From the NCBI GenBank assembly GCA_949293415.1, contig CASFDK010000022.1, forward strand, positions 2,686 to 66,685: a stretch of 64,000 nucleotides of DNA, given 5' to 3'. Shown here one piece after another: positions 9,105 through 19,051 of this stretch. How positions within the stretch are numbered: the stretch's first letter is position 1; each line of letters starts with the position of its first letter. This DNA is from an uncultured Verrucomicrobiota bacterium (GTDB lineage Bacteria > Verrucomicrobiota > Verrucomicrobiia > Opitutales > Intestinicryptomonadaceae). The notes beneath the pieces were generated by a model. That model searched no databases and was not told the DNA's origin. It saw only the letters and a program-made list of their open reading frames with translations. The position numbers and the translations under genes were made by a program.

Positions 9105-10579
9105 ACCCGATGTTCGAGGATTTCAAAATTACCACGAGAATCGCCAGGCTCAATCTTTGGCTTCAGGTTCTCTTGGGGATATTGCTGTATCTTGGGTTGA
9201 ACTATGTCGCGACGCGCCATTACACGCGTTGGGATATGTCGGAAAACCGCCGCAATTCGCTTTCGCCCGAGAGTGTGGCGTACGTCAAAAAACTGCGCGA
9301 GCCCGTCGAAATCTACGCGGTGGTCTCAATCGGGCGCAACGATTCCGACAGCGCGGCGGTAGTGCGCGACTTCAACACGCTCTTCGGGCAGTACGAATAC
9401 GCGTCGAACAAAAACGCGCCCGTCAGCGCGAAGTTCGTCAACGCCCATATCGAAAACAAACGCGCCGAAGAACTTGCAGCCCGTTTCGGCAACGACTTGG
9501 ACGAATGCGTTGTGGTGGCTTCGGGGCGGCGGTTCAAGCGCATACCGATTTCCGAATTTTACGGGGTCGAGGACGGAGCGCGAAAGGACTTCAAGGGCGA
9601 GAGCCTGATTACGTCGGCGATTCTGAACGTTTCGTCGGACAAACAGAACAGGATTTACTTCCTCAAGGGGCACGGCGAGATGAGCGTCAAGAGCGCAAAC
9701 GGCGCGCGCGGGCTTTCCGAATACGCCGCCGCGCTCGCATCGCACAACTACAAGGTGGACGAGCTGGATTTGAGCGAGGTCAAGGAGATTCCCGAAGACG
9801 CGGATATGATTGTCGTTGCGGGGGCGAAGTCGGCGTTCCTTCCGCGCGAGATAGACGCAATCAGAAAGTATCTGCTCAAGTCGAACGGCAGGGGGCTTGT
9901 GTTTCTGGATATGGGCTCCCTTCTCGGGCTTGAAGACGTGTTCTACGAATGGGGCATTATGAGCGACGATATGCTCGTTCTCGATTCGGGCGGCGACTAC
10001 GAGAGCGCGTCGGGCGATTTGATTGCCAGAAGTTTTCCGCGCAATCCGCACCCGATTGTGAAATATTTGATAGACTCCGACACTCCCGTACAGTTCGGTT
10101 CGGTGCGTCCCGTGCGCCCCGATATGGGCTCGCCAATCGACGAGACTTTGAAGATTACGCCGATAATCCTGAGCGGCCCTGCAAGCTGGGCGGAAAAGTC
10201 GTATATGCGCGGCGGCGTGCAGAAATACGATGAAGTTTCAGACATAGCGGGCCCGCTTCCGCTCGCTATGGTCGCAACGCGCACGGCGGGAGGCGAGCTC
10301 GGGCTGAACATTCCCGGCGGCAAGCTTGCGGTCTTCGGCGACGAAAACTTCATAGCAAACAAATGGTTCAACAGACTGGGCAATTCGAAGCTCGCTCTGA
10401 ACGTGGTCGACTGGATGTTCGAGGAAAACAATATACTCAACATTCCGCCGCGCCCGCTGAAAAAGTTTTCCCTGACGCTTTCGCAGTCCGACTACCTGTC
10501 GCTCGCATGGCGTTTTATGCTTGTTCCCGCAGTAATTCTGGCTCTGTGCGCGGCGGTTTTCGCCGCCCGCCGCCGATAA
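9101..10579 (+). CDS. GldG-like ABC-transporter auxiliary protein
   Basis: N- and C-terminal TM helices flank a large extracytoplasmic domain. ATGA overlap with the permease gene. The order ATPase / ABC-2 permease / this gene is the GldA/F/G-type arrangement. Confidence 0.7.
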   Translation: MNPMFEDFKITTRIARLNLWLQVLLGILLYLGLNYVATRHYTRWDMSENRRNSLSPESVAYVKKLREPVEIYAVVSIGRNDSDSAAVVRDFNTLFGQYEYASNKNAPVSAKFVNAHIENKRAEELAARFGNDLDECVVVASGRRFKRIPISEFYGVEDGARKDFKGESLITSAILNVSSDKQNRIYFLKGHGEMSVKSANGARGLSEYAAALASHNYKVDELDLSEVKEIPEDADMIVVAGAKSAFLPREIDAIRKYLLKSNGRGLVFLDMGSLLGLEDVFYEWGIMSDDMLVLDSGGDYESASGDLIARSFPRNPHPIVKYLIDSDTPVQFGSVRPVRPDMGSPIDETLKITPIILSGPASWAEKSYMRGGVQKYDEVSDIAGPLPLAMVATRTAGGELGLNIPGGKLAVFGDENFIANKWFNRLGNSKLALNVVDWMFEENNILNIPPRPLKKFSLTLSQSDYLSLAWRFMLVPAVILALCAAVFAARRR

Positions 10580-10596
10580 ATATCGAGGATTGAAAA

Positions 10597-12486
10597 ATGC
10601 GCTTTAGACTCACAATTTTCCTGCTGATTGCAAATGTCGCCCTGTTCTGGGCAATGTGGTCGCTCGAACGCGATCCCGCCGCGGCGGCGGCGGTTCCCGA
10701 AACCGCGCCGTTTACGATTCTCGAAATTTCGGGCAAGGGCATCGACAAGCCGCGCGTGCTCAAGTTCGAAAACAACAAATGGCGCATAACCGCGCCGATA
10801 GACTGGCCCGCTAACCTTTTCGCCGTAAACCGAATCAGAAACCAGATAGAATTTCTCGACCGAGAGGCGAGTTTTTCGCTTTCGGAAGTCACAAAGCACG
10901 GTCACACGCTCGCCGAGTACGGGCTCGACGACCCCGCCTACACTTTCAAATACGGCAACGGCAAAAAAATGTACACGCTCAAAATCGGCAGGAGCGCACC
11001 CGTGGGCAACCGCATCTATATGCTCGACGAGGGCGGCGACAGGATAATCGTGGTCGACCGCGAGTTTGTCGAAAGCCTTGTGGTCGATACCGAACGCCTG
11101 CGCAACCAGAACGTTTTCGACATTCCGCGATTCGAGGTTTCGGCGTTTTCTGTGCGCCTGCCGTCGGCGGAGTCCGCCGATTCGCTCAAGGGCAATTTCC
11201 GCAGAATCGGGTTGGTGCGCGACGGCGGAAAATGGAAGTTCGAAACGCCCATCGTTGCGGCTGCGGATTCCAACGAAGTCGACGCGTTTCTGACCGAAAT
11301 CTGCCAGCTTTCGGCGAAGAGTTTTTCGAACGACCCCGCCGCCGAGGCGGGCTTCGAAGTGTCGGCACTGCCCACTACGATTACTCTCGAGGGCACGAAC
11401 CGCAGACAGGTTTTGCTTATCGGCGGAAAGACAAAGGACGGTTCGCAGGTCTACGCGCGGCTCGAGGACAACCCCACGATTTTTACGATAGACGCGTCCG
11501 CGGTCGCCAACCTTGCAAACGTCCAGACCGACCTGCGCGACAAGTCGGTAATGCGGCTCGACCTGAACACGGTAAAAAGCTTGGAGATTTCGAAGGGCGG
11601 CAAAACGCTCCGCTTCGGCAAACTCAAGGGCGGCGTTTGGGACGTTATCGGCGAGGATAAAAACGGCGCGTCGATAACCTCCAAAGCCGATTCCGCCGCG
11701 CTAACTTCGCTGCTGCTCAGGCTTTCGAAAATCCGCGTGCGCAAATTCGTCAGCGACGCCCCCGGCGAAAACGTCGCCCCCTACGGTTTCACGCCGAAAA
11801 GTCTGAGAATAACCGCGACGGACTCCGACGGCACTGTTTCGTCGCTCAATGTCGGCGGCTTTTTCGGGGCGGACGGAGAGCGGCTCGTCTACGCAAAGAC
11901 CGAAAATTCGGACGCGATATTTGGCATTCCGCGCGACATCGTAAAACTTGCCGATACGGATTTTATGAAGTTCCGCTCGAAAATCGTCGAAATGCTGCCC
12001 GAGAATGCGGTCATAACTTCGCTCAAAATTTCCGACATCGCCGCGAAAAAAACGCTCTTCGAAATCTCGTCGAAGAACGGCGACTTCAAGGCGCAGACCG
12101 CGCCGCTCGACGCGCGCAAAAAGTCGGCCCTTCAAAATGTTTTGAAATACGCAAAGCTATTTTCGGTGAAGGGTTACCCCGACTGCCCGTTCGACGGCGC
12201 GGGAATCTCGCCCGACGGCGCGCGCATTCCGTGGGTTTACTCTATGGAAATACGCTACGATGTCCGCGGTTCGGGCGCGAACGTAGCCGAAAGCGGAAGC
12301 TGGCTGTTCTCGAAACGTCTCGGCGGAACCACGCAGTACGGGGCGTACGGCAAGACGGCGTTTGCGGCGACGGACGACTTCATAGACTCTTTCTTCGAAT
12401 TTACGTCGGGCGCGCTTGCGGAAAACGAACTGAAGAAAAATCCGCCCGCCGCGCCCGACAAAAAAGCGGAAAGTGAAGGAAAATAG
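10597..12486 (+). CDS. membrane-anchored periplasmic protein (DUF4340-like by position and architecture)
   Basis: Single N-terminal TM helix (LTIFLLIANVALFWAMW) followed by a long beta-rich repetitive region. It sits in the position usually occupied by DUF4340 proteins after GldG-like genes. Confidence 0.55.
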   Translation: MRFRLTIFLLIANVALFWAMWSLERDPAAAAAVPETAPFTILEISGKGIDKPRVLKFENNKWRITAPIDWPANLFAVNRIRNQIEFLDREASFSLSEVTKHGHTLAEYGLDDPAYTFKYGNGKKMYTLKIGRSAPVGNRIYMLDEGGDRIIVVDREFVESLVVDTERLRNQNVFDIPRFEVSAFSVRLPSAESADSLKGNFRRIGLVRDGGKWKFETPIVAAADSNEVDAFLTEICQLSAKSFSNDPAAEAGFEVSALPTTITLEGTNRRQVLLIGGKTKDGSQVYARLEDNPTIFTIDASAVANLANVQTDLRDKSVMRLDLNTVKSLEISKGGKTLRFGKLKGGVWDVIGEDKNGASITSKADSAALTSLLLRLSKIRVRKFVSDAPGENVAPYGFTPKSLRITATDSDGTVSSLNVGGFFGADGERLVYAKTENSDAIFGIPRDIVKLADTDFMKFRSKIVEMLPENAVITSLKISDIAAKKTLFEISSKNGDFKAQTAPLDARKKSALQNVLKYAKLFSVKGYPDCPFDGAGISPDGARIPWVYSMEIRYDVRGSGANVAESGSWLFSKRLGGTTQYGAYGKTAFAATDDFIDSFFEFTSGALAENELKKNPPAAPDKKAESEGK

Positions 12487-15292
12487 AACAGGTCTGCCGG
12501 CTGCGACTTTCTTGCTGCGGACGTTCTGGCGTTCGTTGGCGGCGTTGAACGTGTTCCTTTTCGTCCTTGCGGTTTTCCAGTCGGCGGTTTGCGCGGTTCT
12601 TTATTGGAATGCCGCCGTTCCGCTTCCCGAGTGGCTGTGCGCGGCAATCAAAGCCGAGGCGGAGGAGGCGGGCGTGATTGTCGATTTCGCGCAGGCGCGC
12701 GCCGATTGCGGCGGAAACGTGTCGCTCGAAAACGTAAGCCTGCGCTTCGACGGAACGCCCGAAGATTTCTTTTTCGCGCAGAGGGTCTCGGCTTCGTTTA
12801 GGATTGCGCCGCTCGCATTCGGCAGAATTGTGCCGAGGTCGGTGCGCGTTCTCGACGCGCGTATAGCCCCTACTTACGCGGGGGTAGGGAAAAATCCCGT
12901 GATTGGGTCGGTGTATCTTGATTTGTCGAAGCGCGGGCAGTGGTGGCGTGTAAGCGCGCTCAATTTTAAGGCTGGCAGGTTGTGTGCGGCGGTTTCGGGG
13001 GTCGCAAACGCCAATACCGACTTCGACGCGCTGCTTTCGGCGTTTTCTCCGCGCACATCGGAGACCGGTTCGAAAAATCCCCCGAAAAAGCTTTCCGTAT
13101 CGCAGAAGTTCGATTTGCTTTTCGAAAAATATCCCGGGGCAAAAAAGTATTTGGATTGCCTTTCCGCGCCCGATTTGAACCTGAATTTCGCGGTTTTCGA
13201 CGCGCTAAACTACCGCGCCGACATCGCTTTCGTCTCGGGCGGTGGCGCGTTTTCGGAGGGCGGCTTTTCCGCGGAGGTAAAGAATTTTACACTCAACGCT
13301 TCGTGCCGTTCCGATTCCGACGGGGCGAAGGTTTCGGCGCGGCTTTTTGCCGAAAACTTTTCGGGAGAGAATCTTCCGACTCTCGGCGATGTGGAGATGC
13401 GCGCCGACATCCTGCCGAATCCCGATTCGCCCGCGCTCGAAAATCTCGACATCGCAGTTAGCAACATTTCCTACGGCGGCTCGGAAATCGGCAACATCCG
13501 CATCCGCAAAAGAAGTCTCGATTTCTCGAACTGGCGCGGGAATTGGGGGGTTTTTGCGTCGTTCGGGCTGCACAGGTTCGGCGGCAGTCTTTCGCTTTCG
13601 GAAAACTTCGACGCCGACTTCAAATTCGACGGAACGGTGGACCCCAAGCTTTTGCTCGACCGCCCCGAGCTTGCCGACATTCCCGAGCTCAAACAACTCT
13701 CGTTCCCGTCGGGCATAGCCATTGCGGGCGGGGTGAAATATTTGGCGGATTCGAAAAACGTCGCCGTGCGGACGAACGTTCGCGCGGAGAACTGCATTGT
13801 GATGGACATTCCCGTGTCGGACGTTTCGGGCGAGGTTGTTTTCGATTCGGCGGAGGGCGTGCTTTCGGCGCAAAATCTTTCGGTCGAAACGGTAGAGGGA
13901 TGGCGCGTACGCGGCGCGTACATTCAGGATATGAACACGTCGCAATACCGCGTGCGCGTTGCGGGCGACATAAGACCGATGGCTATCGCCCATTTTATGG
14001 AGCCGTGGTGGGCGCGCGTGATGAAGGATTTCAAGTTCGGGGGGAATTCGAACTTTCCGCGCGCCGACGTTTCCGTCGAGGGGACGTGGGGCAAGCCCGA
14101 ATACATCTGGTGCTATGCGAGGGCTTCGGGCGGAAACGCGCAGTATTCGGGCGCGAAGTTTTCGTCGTTCGCGCTCCACGTGCTCGTCAATCCGGAGCGC
14201 ATAACGCTTTTCGACGTCGATATAAACGCCGACGGGCGCAGGGCTTCGGGGCAGATTGAATGGCTCTACTTCGGCGACGGGATAACGACTTTCGACGAAC
14301 AGCGGATTTTCTTCGATTCCGAACTGGATTCGCGCGAGCTTCTCGCGCTCGGCGGCGACGACGTTCGCGAGGTTCTCGATGTGGTAGATTTCAAAGTTCC
14401 GCCAAAGCTTTCGTTCTCGGCGGTGTTGCGCAATCCGTCGAACAACCCGAAGAAATTGCGCGACATTTACAACGTGTCGGCGGAGGTTGCGGGCGACACT
14501 GTCGTTCTCGAAAAGGCGACGCTGGGCAACGCGAAGTTCACCGCCCGTAGCGACAAAATCGACACGCAGATAGAGAACGCTACGTTCGAATTTTGCGGCG
14601 GCGCGGCGGAGGGCAATGTGGAGCTTCGCAAAAGCGGTTCGACGATTTTGTTCGATGGCAATATGACCGCCGACAAAATGAATCAGGCGGAGTTGACCGA
14701 TTTTTTCCGCTCGCTCGCCTCTTCGAAGCCCGACGGCGGGGAGGCCGGCGGCGGCGAAAAATCGAAGCCCATCGTCGACGGCGGCGAGAACGGTTTCGTA
14801 ACGATGTCGGTTTCTTTAAAGGGCGACGCTGACAAAATCGAACTTTCGGAGGGAAGCGGATATGTAAGTTTGGAAAATTCCGATCTCATCAGACTCAACC
14901 TTTTCGGCGTGCTCTCCCGCGCGCTTTCGGCTATGCGCCTGCCGCTCGGTTCGTTCGACATAACCTACGCGTACAGCCCGTTCGAAGTCGGCGGCGGCGC
15001 GGTCAAGTTTCCGAAGCTCGAAATGGGCGGACCCGTTATGCAAATCAAGGGGGCTGCCGCGTACGACTATCTGCGCGACGACATCGACGCGGCTCTGGCA
15101 ATCCGCCCGTTCGGAGGGCTTACTATGCCTATTGTATCGAGCGTTGCGTCGCTGATAAATCCGCTCGCAAACACGGTCGAGGTTTCGCTCGACGGCAAGC
15201 TCGAAGATCCGAAAGTCGGCGTGAAGGTAAATCCCATAAAAATACTCCAAAGCGAGAAATCGCTAATCGAAGACATCAGGGAATCGCTTTAG
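12473..15292 (+). CDS. large membrane-anchored envelope protein (AsmA/TamB-like, tentative)
   Basis: GTG start overlaps the upstream stop by 14 nt. N-terminal TM helix, ~900 aa with a beta-strand-like pattern, and a C-terminal segment (VSLDGKLEDPKVGVKVNP) resembling AsmA-family C-termini. Confidence 0.5.
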   Translation: MKENRTGLPAATFLLRTFWRSLAALNVFLFVLAVFQSAVCAVLYWNAAVPLPEWLCAAIKAEAEEAGVIVDFAQARADCGGNVSLENVSLRFDGTPEDFFFAQRVSASFRIAPLAFGRIVPRSVRVLDARIAPTYAGVGKNPVIGSVYLDLSKRGQWWRVSALNFKAGRLCAAVSGVANANTDFDALLSAFSPRTSETGSKNPPKKLSVSQKFDLLFEKYPGAKKYLDCLSAPDLNLNFAVFDALNYRADIAFVSGGGAFSEGGFSAEVKNFTLNASCRSDSDGAKVSARLFAENFSGENLPTLGDVEMRADILPNPDSPALENLDIAVSNISYGGSEIGNIRIRKRSLDFSNWRGNWGVFASFGLHRFGGSLSLSENFDADFKFDGTVDPKLLLDRPELADIPELKQLSFPSGIAIAGGVKYLADSKNVAVRTNVRAENCIVMDIPVSDVSGEVVFDSAEGVLSAQNLSVETVEGWRVRGAYIQDMNTSQYRVRVAGDIRPMAIAHFMEPWWARVMKDFKFGGNSNFPRADVSVEGTWGKPEYIWCYARASGGNAQYSGAKFSSFALHVLVNPERITLFDVDINADGRRASGQIEWLYFGDGITTFDEQRIFFDSELDSRELLALGGDDVREVLDVVDFKVPPKLSFSAVLRNPSNNPKKLRDIYNVSAEVAGDTVVLEKATLGNAKFTARSDKIDTQIENATFEFCGGAAEGNVELRKSGSTILFDGNMTADKMNQAELTDFFRSLASSKPDGGEAGGGEKSKPIVDGGENGFVTMSVSLKGDADKIELSEGSGYVSLENSDLIRLNLFGVLSRALSAMRLPLGSFDITYAYSPFEVGGGAVKFPKLEMGGPVMQIKGAAAYDYLRDDIDAALAIRPFGGLTMPIVSSVASLINPLANTVEVSLDGKLEDPKVGVKVNPIKILQSEKSLIEDIRESL

Positions 15293-15730
15293 CCAACGGC
15301 GGGGTTGTTTTGTTCTTTTCGAAACCGTAGTTTCGGTTAGAGGAAAATGAATAATGAAAAATGAATAATGAATAATTGTGGTTTGCTCCGCTTCGCGGCA
15401 AACCCTATTGTCTCACTGGTGTTTCACTTTGTTGCGGTGGGTGGCTTGAGGGATAGATGCCGATGTACGAAAAAAATGGCGTGTGTTGTTGCGCTTGCCT
15501 TTAAAACTCGAACTATCCGCAAACTCCAAGCAAATTATTAAAACAAAGAAATTCGCCTGCGGGAGTCGAGGGCGCGAGTGCGCCCCTTAATAATGTTGTT
15601 CTTTCGGCGTCTATCGTAAACGCCGAAATTCATCCATTTTTTCATTAAAGAGCAGTTTCCTCCGCCATCCGCCGATTCCCGCGCAATCAATTTTCTTGTA
15701 ATGGAGTGTGCGTTGCCGTAGTTTCGACGT

Positions 15731-16684
15731 ATGAGCAATGATGGAAAACTGCGTTGCGGCGTTGTCGGTGTCGGCTATCTCGGTCAGCACCACGCCCGCA
15801 TTTACTCCGAACTCGACACAACAGAGCTTGTCGGTATCTACGACAACAATTCCGACCGCGCTGCCGAAATCGCCGCCAAGTGCGGCTGCAGGGTCTTCCC
15901 GTCCATAGCCGAACTCGGCGCGGCTTGCGAAGCCGTAAGCGTGGTTGTCCCCACCGACAGACACACCGAAGTGGCACTGCCGCTCCTCGAACAGGGTTGC
16001 GATCTGCTCATAGAAAAGCCCATTTGCACGTCGGTCGAAGACGCAGAGCTTATCGTTAAAAAGGCGCGCGAGAAAAACCTGATTGTGCAGGTCGGACACA
16101 TCGAGCACTTCAACCCCGTGATGGAGTTTATGGAATCGCGCGTGAACAATCCGCGTTTCATCACCGCCGACAGACTCGCGCCCTTCAATCCGCGTGGCAC
16201 CGAAGTGGGCGTTGTGCTCGACTTGATGATTCACGACATCGGCGTGGTGCTCAAGCTCGCAAATTCGCACGTCGAAAAAATCGAGGCGGTCGGCGTGAAC
16301 GTGCTCAGCAAGCGCGAGGATATCGCCAACGCGCGAATCCAGTTCGAGAACAAATGCGTGGCGAATCTGAACGTAAGCAGGGTAAGCCTGAAAAAACTGC
16401 GCGAAATCAGAATTTTCCAAAAGGGCACGTATATGTCGCTCGACTATATGAACCAGAAGGGGCACGTCATACGCGTAAAGGGCGCGACGGAAATCATTCC
16501 CGAGGAAGTGCCGATTGAAAAGCACGAGCCGCTCAAAACCGAATTAGCGAGCTTTGCCGACTGCGTAGTCAACAAGAAGAATCCGAAGGTGGACGCAAAG
16601 CTCGGGCTTAGCGCGCTCGAAGTCGCGCTCGAAATCACCCGTCAAATCCGCGAACGCATGGCGGAGGAGGGCGGAGCCGTCTAA
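15731..16684 (+). CDS. Gfo/Idh/MocA-family NAD(P)-dependent oxidoreductase
   Basis: N-terminal Rossmann motif CGVVGVGYLGQHHARIY plus the typical EKP motif (LLIEKPI). TAATG overlap with lpxB. Confidence 0.85.
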   Translation: MSNDGKLRCGVVGVGYLGQHHARIYSELDTTELVGIYDNNSDRAAEIAAKCGCRVFPSIAELGAACEAVSVVVPTDRHTEVALPLLEQGCDLLIEKPICTSVEDAELIVKKAREKNLIVQVGHIEHFNPVMEFMESRVNNPRFITADRLAPFNPRGTEVGVVLDLMIHDIGVVLKLANSHVEKIEAVGVNVLSKREDIANARIQFENKCVANLNVSRVSLKKLREIRIFQKGTYMSLDYMNQKGHVIRVKGATEIIPEEVPIEKHEPLKTELASFADCVVNKKNPKVDAKLGLSALEVALEITRQIRERMAEEGGAV

Positions 16685-17850
16685 TGGAAGACGTTTTGTC
16701 GATGCGCTCGTTTGATTTCGCCGCGCCCGAAAAAGGCGCGTGCGATGTTTTGGTTATAGCGGGCGAGCACTCGGGCGACGAACAGGCGGAACGGATGATA
16801 GCTTCCGCGCTTGCCGAAAAGACCGACCTGAAAGTATGCGCTTTCGGCGGACAGGCGTTGCGCCGCGCGGGCGCGCAGCTGCTGTTCGATATGACGAGTT
16901 TTTCGGTCGTGGGGCTTTTCGAGGTTCTCAAAAACTACGGCTTTTTCAGAAAGCTTTCCGAAGCCGTCGCCGACTGGATTGCAACGCACAAGCCCCGCGC
17001 CGTCTGTTTTGTGGACTACCCCGGTTTCAACCTGCACTTGGCGAAAATGCTGAAGGAACGCGGCGTGAGCGTAAAGGGCGGCGGCACGGTGAAACTGCTC
17101 TATTACATCAGCCCGCAAATCTGGGCGTGGAAGGCAGGGAGGCGTTTCGAGATGGCGGAGCTTCTCGACGGGCTCGCCGTGATTTTTCCGTTCGAAACAA
17201 AATGCTACGCCGATACGACGCTGCCCGTCTCGTTCGTCGGACATCCGTTTTTGGACGAATCGTTCGAGCCGCCCGTGCGCTATTGCGCCGAAGGCGAAAT
17301 TCTGATGCTTGCGGGCAGCCGCTCGATTGCGGTCTCGCGCATTTTCCCCGTGATGATAGGCGCGCTGCGGCATATGCCGAACGAACGCGCCGTTGCGATA
17401 TACCCCACGGCGGCAATCGAAAAGACCATACGCAATGTGCTCGCGGAAAATCCCGACGTTGCCCCGCGCGTGCGCGTAATCGCAAACGAATCGGAGGTTG
17501 TCGCCGCAAAAGCCGCGATGATGAGCTCGGGTACGATGTCGCTTGCCTGTTCGTTGCAGGGTATTCCGGGGGCGATTGTCTACAGGGCAAATCCGTTTAC
17601 ATACGTTGTGGGTCGTTCGCTTGTTAATATAAAATATTTGAGCATAGCAAATATTATTTTGGACAGACCCGCGTGGCGCGAGTTCATCCAGTTCGAGGCC
17701 TCGCCCAAGAAGCTTGCCGCATATATGCAAGGCTGCATCGGTGAACGCGGATTGTTCGAAGGCTATGCCGAAAGGCTAAAAGAGGTGCTGCGCTCCCCGT
17801 CGAAGATGTCGGCGGCGGAATGGCTCTTGGCGAAAATCGGCGATGTTTAG
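16684..17850 (+). CDS. lpxB: lipid-A-disaccharide synthase
   Basis: Characteristic LpxB blocks: VIAGEHSGD, VDYPGFNLHLAK, YYISPQIWAWKAGR, FVGHP. Confidence 0.9.
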   Translation: MEDVLSMRSFDFAAPEKGACDVLVIAGEHSGDEQAERMIASALAEKTDLKVCAFGGQALRRAGAQLLFDMTSFSVVGLFEVLKNYGFFRKLSEAVADWIATHKPRAVCFVDYPGFNLHLAKMLKERGVSVKGGGTVKLLYYISPQIWAWKAGRRFEMAELLDGLAVIFPFETKCYADTTLPVSFVGHPFLDESFEPPVRYCAEGEILMLAGSRSIAVSRIFPVMIGALRHMPNERAVAIYPTAAIEKTIRNVLAENPDVAPRVRVIANESEVVAAKAAMMSSGTMSLACSLQGIPGAIVYRANPFTYVVGRSLVNIKYLSIANIILDRPAWREFIQFEASPKKLAAYMQGCIGERGLFEGYAERLKEVLRSPSKMSAAEWLLAKIGDV

Positions 17851-17870
17851 AAGTTTTCCGATTTTTTTCG

Positions 17871-17922
17871 AAAACCAAAAAACGCGCACGGAACTTTTCA
17901 TTCGTGCGCGTTTTGTTTTGTT
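17871..17922. terminator. bidirectional intrinsic terminator between convergent lpxB and midA-like genes
   Basis: 8-bp GC-rich stem CGCGCACG / CGTGCGCG (17883-17890 / 17903-17910), flanked by an A-rich run upstream and TTTTGTTTTGTT downstream. Confidence 0.55.
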
Positions 17923-18067
17923 CGGAGGGTTGTAGACTTCGGCTATGTGCGCCTTTTGCTCGAAAACCTTCGCCATCGCCTGTCCGACCTCGCGCGTCTG
18001 GATAGACGAAATGAAGCGGAAGATAGACAGGGTTGTCGAGATGGGCGCGGACGGCGGTTTGTCCGCA

Positions 18068-19051
18068 TTATTTGCGCACCGCCGAAATTACGCGGAACGC
18101 CGCGCCCATATGCACGGGGCTTAGCAGCTGCACAAGCTCGCGCTTGCGCGGGTCGAACGGGTCGGGCGACTGCGCTATTTTCCGCATGGTTTCCCCCGCG
18201 TTTTTTACGAAAAATTTCTCCTGCCTCTCGTCCGAAAAATTTTGCAGACCGCACTTCGCGGCTATGTCGCGCAGCATATCGGAACACGGCGAAAACGTGA
18301 TGTCGGCTTCTCCCGCATCGCGTAGTATGTCGGCGCGGTCGGTGTGTTTGAAATATCCGCGCGCCGTGCCGTTCGGCAATTCGGAAAGTTCGGCGGCGGT
18401 TCTGAAATAGTCGGCGAAAATCAAAATGCCGCGCCACGGCGCGGAGCATATTTTTTCGAAAAGTCCGAGCGCGTCGAAGGATATGTCGATTCTAAAGCCC
18501 TCGACTTTTGCGCGCGGAAAATATTTTGCGAGCGCGCCGAGTTCGAATTTTTCGGGTTCGCCGAAAACCTCCGCCGCCGAAAAACCGTCCGCGCCTTTTG
18601 AGATTTCCACAAAGCCCTTGCGCCATTTGCCGCCGCAAAACTTGAAGCGCGAAAACGGACGCGCGTCCAAAAGCTCGTTGGAAACCACGATTGCCTTCGG
18701 CGGGATTTCGATTTTGTCGCCGAGCTTTGCCGCGCGCGAATTTTCGATAATGCGCCTGTCGCCCTCCGCGCCGATTTCGTAAAATTCGAGCGAATCGAAA
18801 TCGAAGCCGCTACGCGTTGCCAGAGTCCGCGCGGCATTTTCTACAAGCTCCGAGAATACGCGGTTTTTGAGGCTCGCCGAAGTGTAGAAATCCGCGCCAT
18901 CGCCCCCCACTCGCAGTTTGTCGGCGCGTCGGTAGTAGCCAAGATTTTCGTCGTAAAGGGCCGTGTTTATGAAATCCCCCCACGGCACGACGGCTCGACT
19001 GCTACGGGCGTTTTCGCGAAAAATTTTTTCGAGCACGGCGTTCACAGGCAT
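18068..19051 (-). CDS. class I SAM-dependent methyltransferase, MidA/NDUFAF7-like (DUF185)
   Basis: Blocks FINTALYDENLGYYRR and GGDGADFYTSASL resemble the MidA family. Start set at the internal ATG (MPVNAV), which overlaps the recF stop by 10 nt. Confidence 0.65.
   Translation of the reverse strand: MPVNAVLEKIFRENARSSRAVVPWGDFINTALYDENLGYYRRADKLRVGGDGADFYTSASLKNRVFSELVENAARTLATRSGFDFDSLEFYEIGAEGDRRIIENSRAAKLGDKIEIPPKAIVVSNELLDARPFSRFKFCGGKWRKGFVEISKGADGFSAAEVFGEPEKFELGALAKYFPRAKVEGFRIDISFDALGLFEKICSAPWRGILIFADYFRTAAELSELPNGTARGYFKHTDRADILRDAGEADITFSPCSDMLRDIAAKCGLQNFSDERQEKFFVKNAGETMRKIAQSPDPFDPRKRELVQLLSPVHMGAAFRVISAVRK

Noticed and set aside
15343-15377. Mini-ORF ATG AAT AAT GAA AAA TGA (MNNEK) with an upstream AGGAAA, as a possible leader peptide.
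   Set aside because: It arises from the AT-rich tandem motif itself. It has no regulatory-codon logic and no adjacent attenuator pairing that I could define.
16681-17730. 349-aa minus-strand ORF opposite lpxB. Similar antisense ORFs lie opposite the DctM-type permease gene (43627-44973) and the GH92 gene.
   Set aside because: The sense genes have unambiguous family blocks, and the antisense translations have none.
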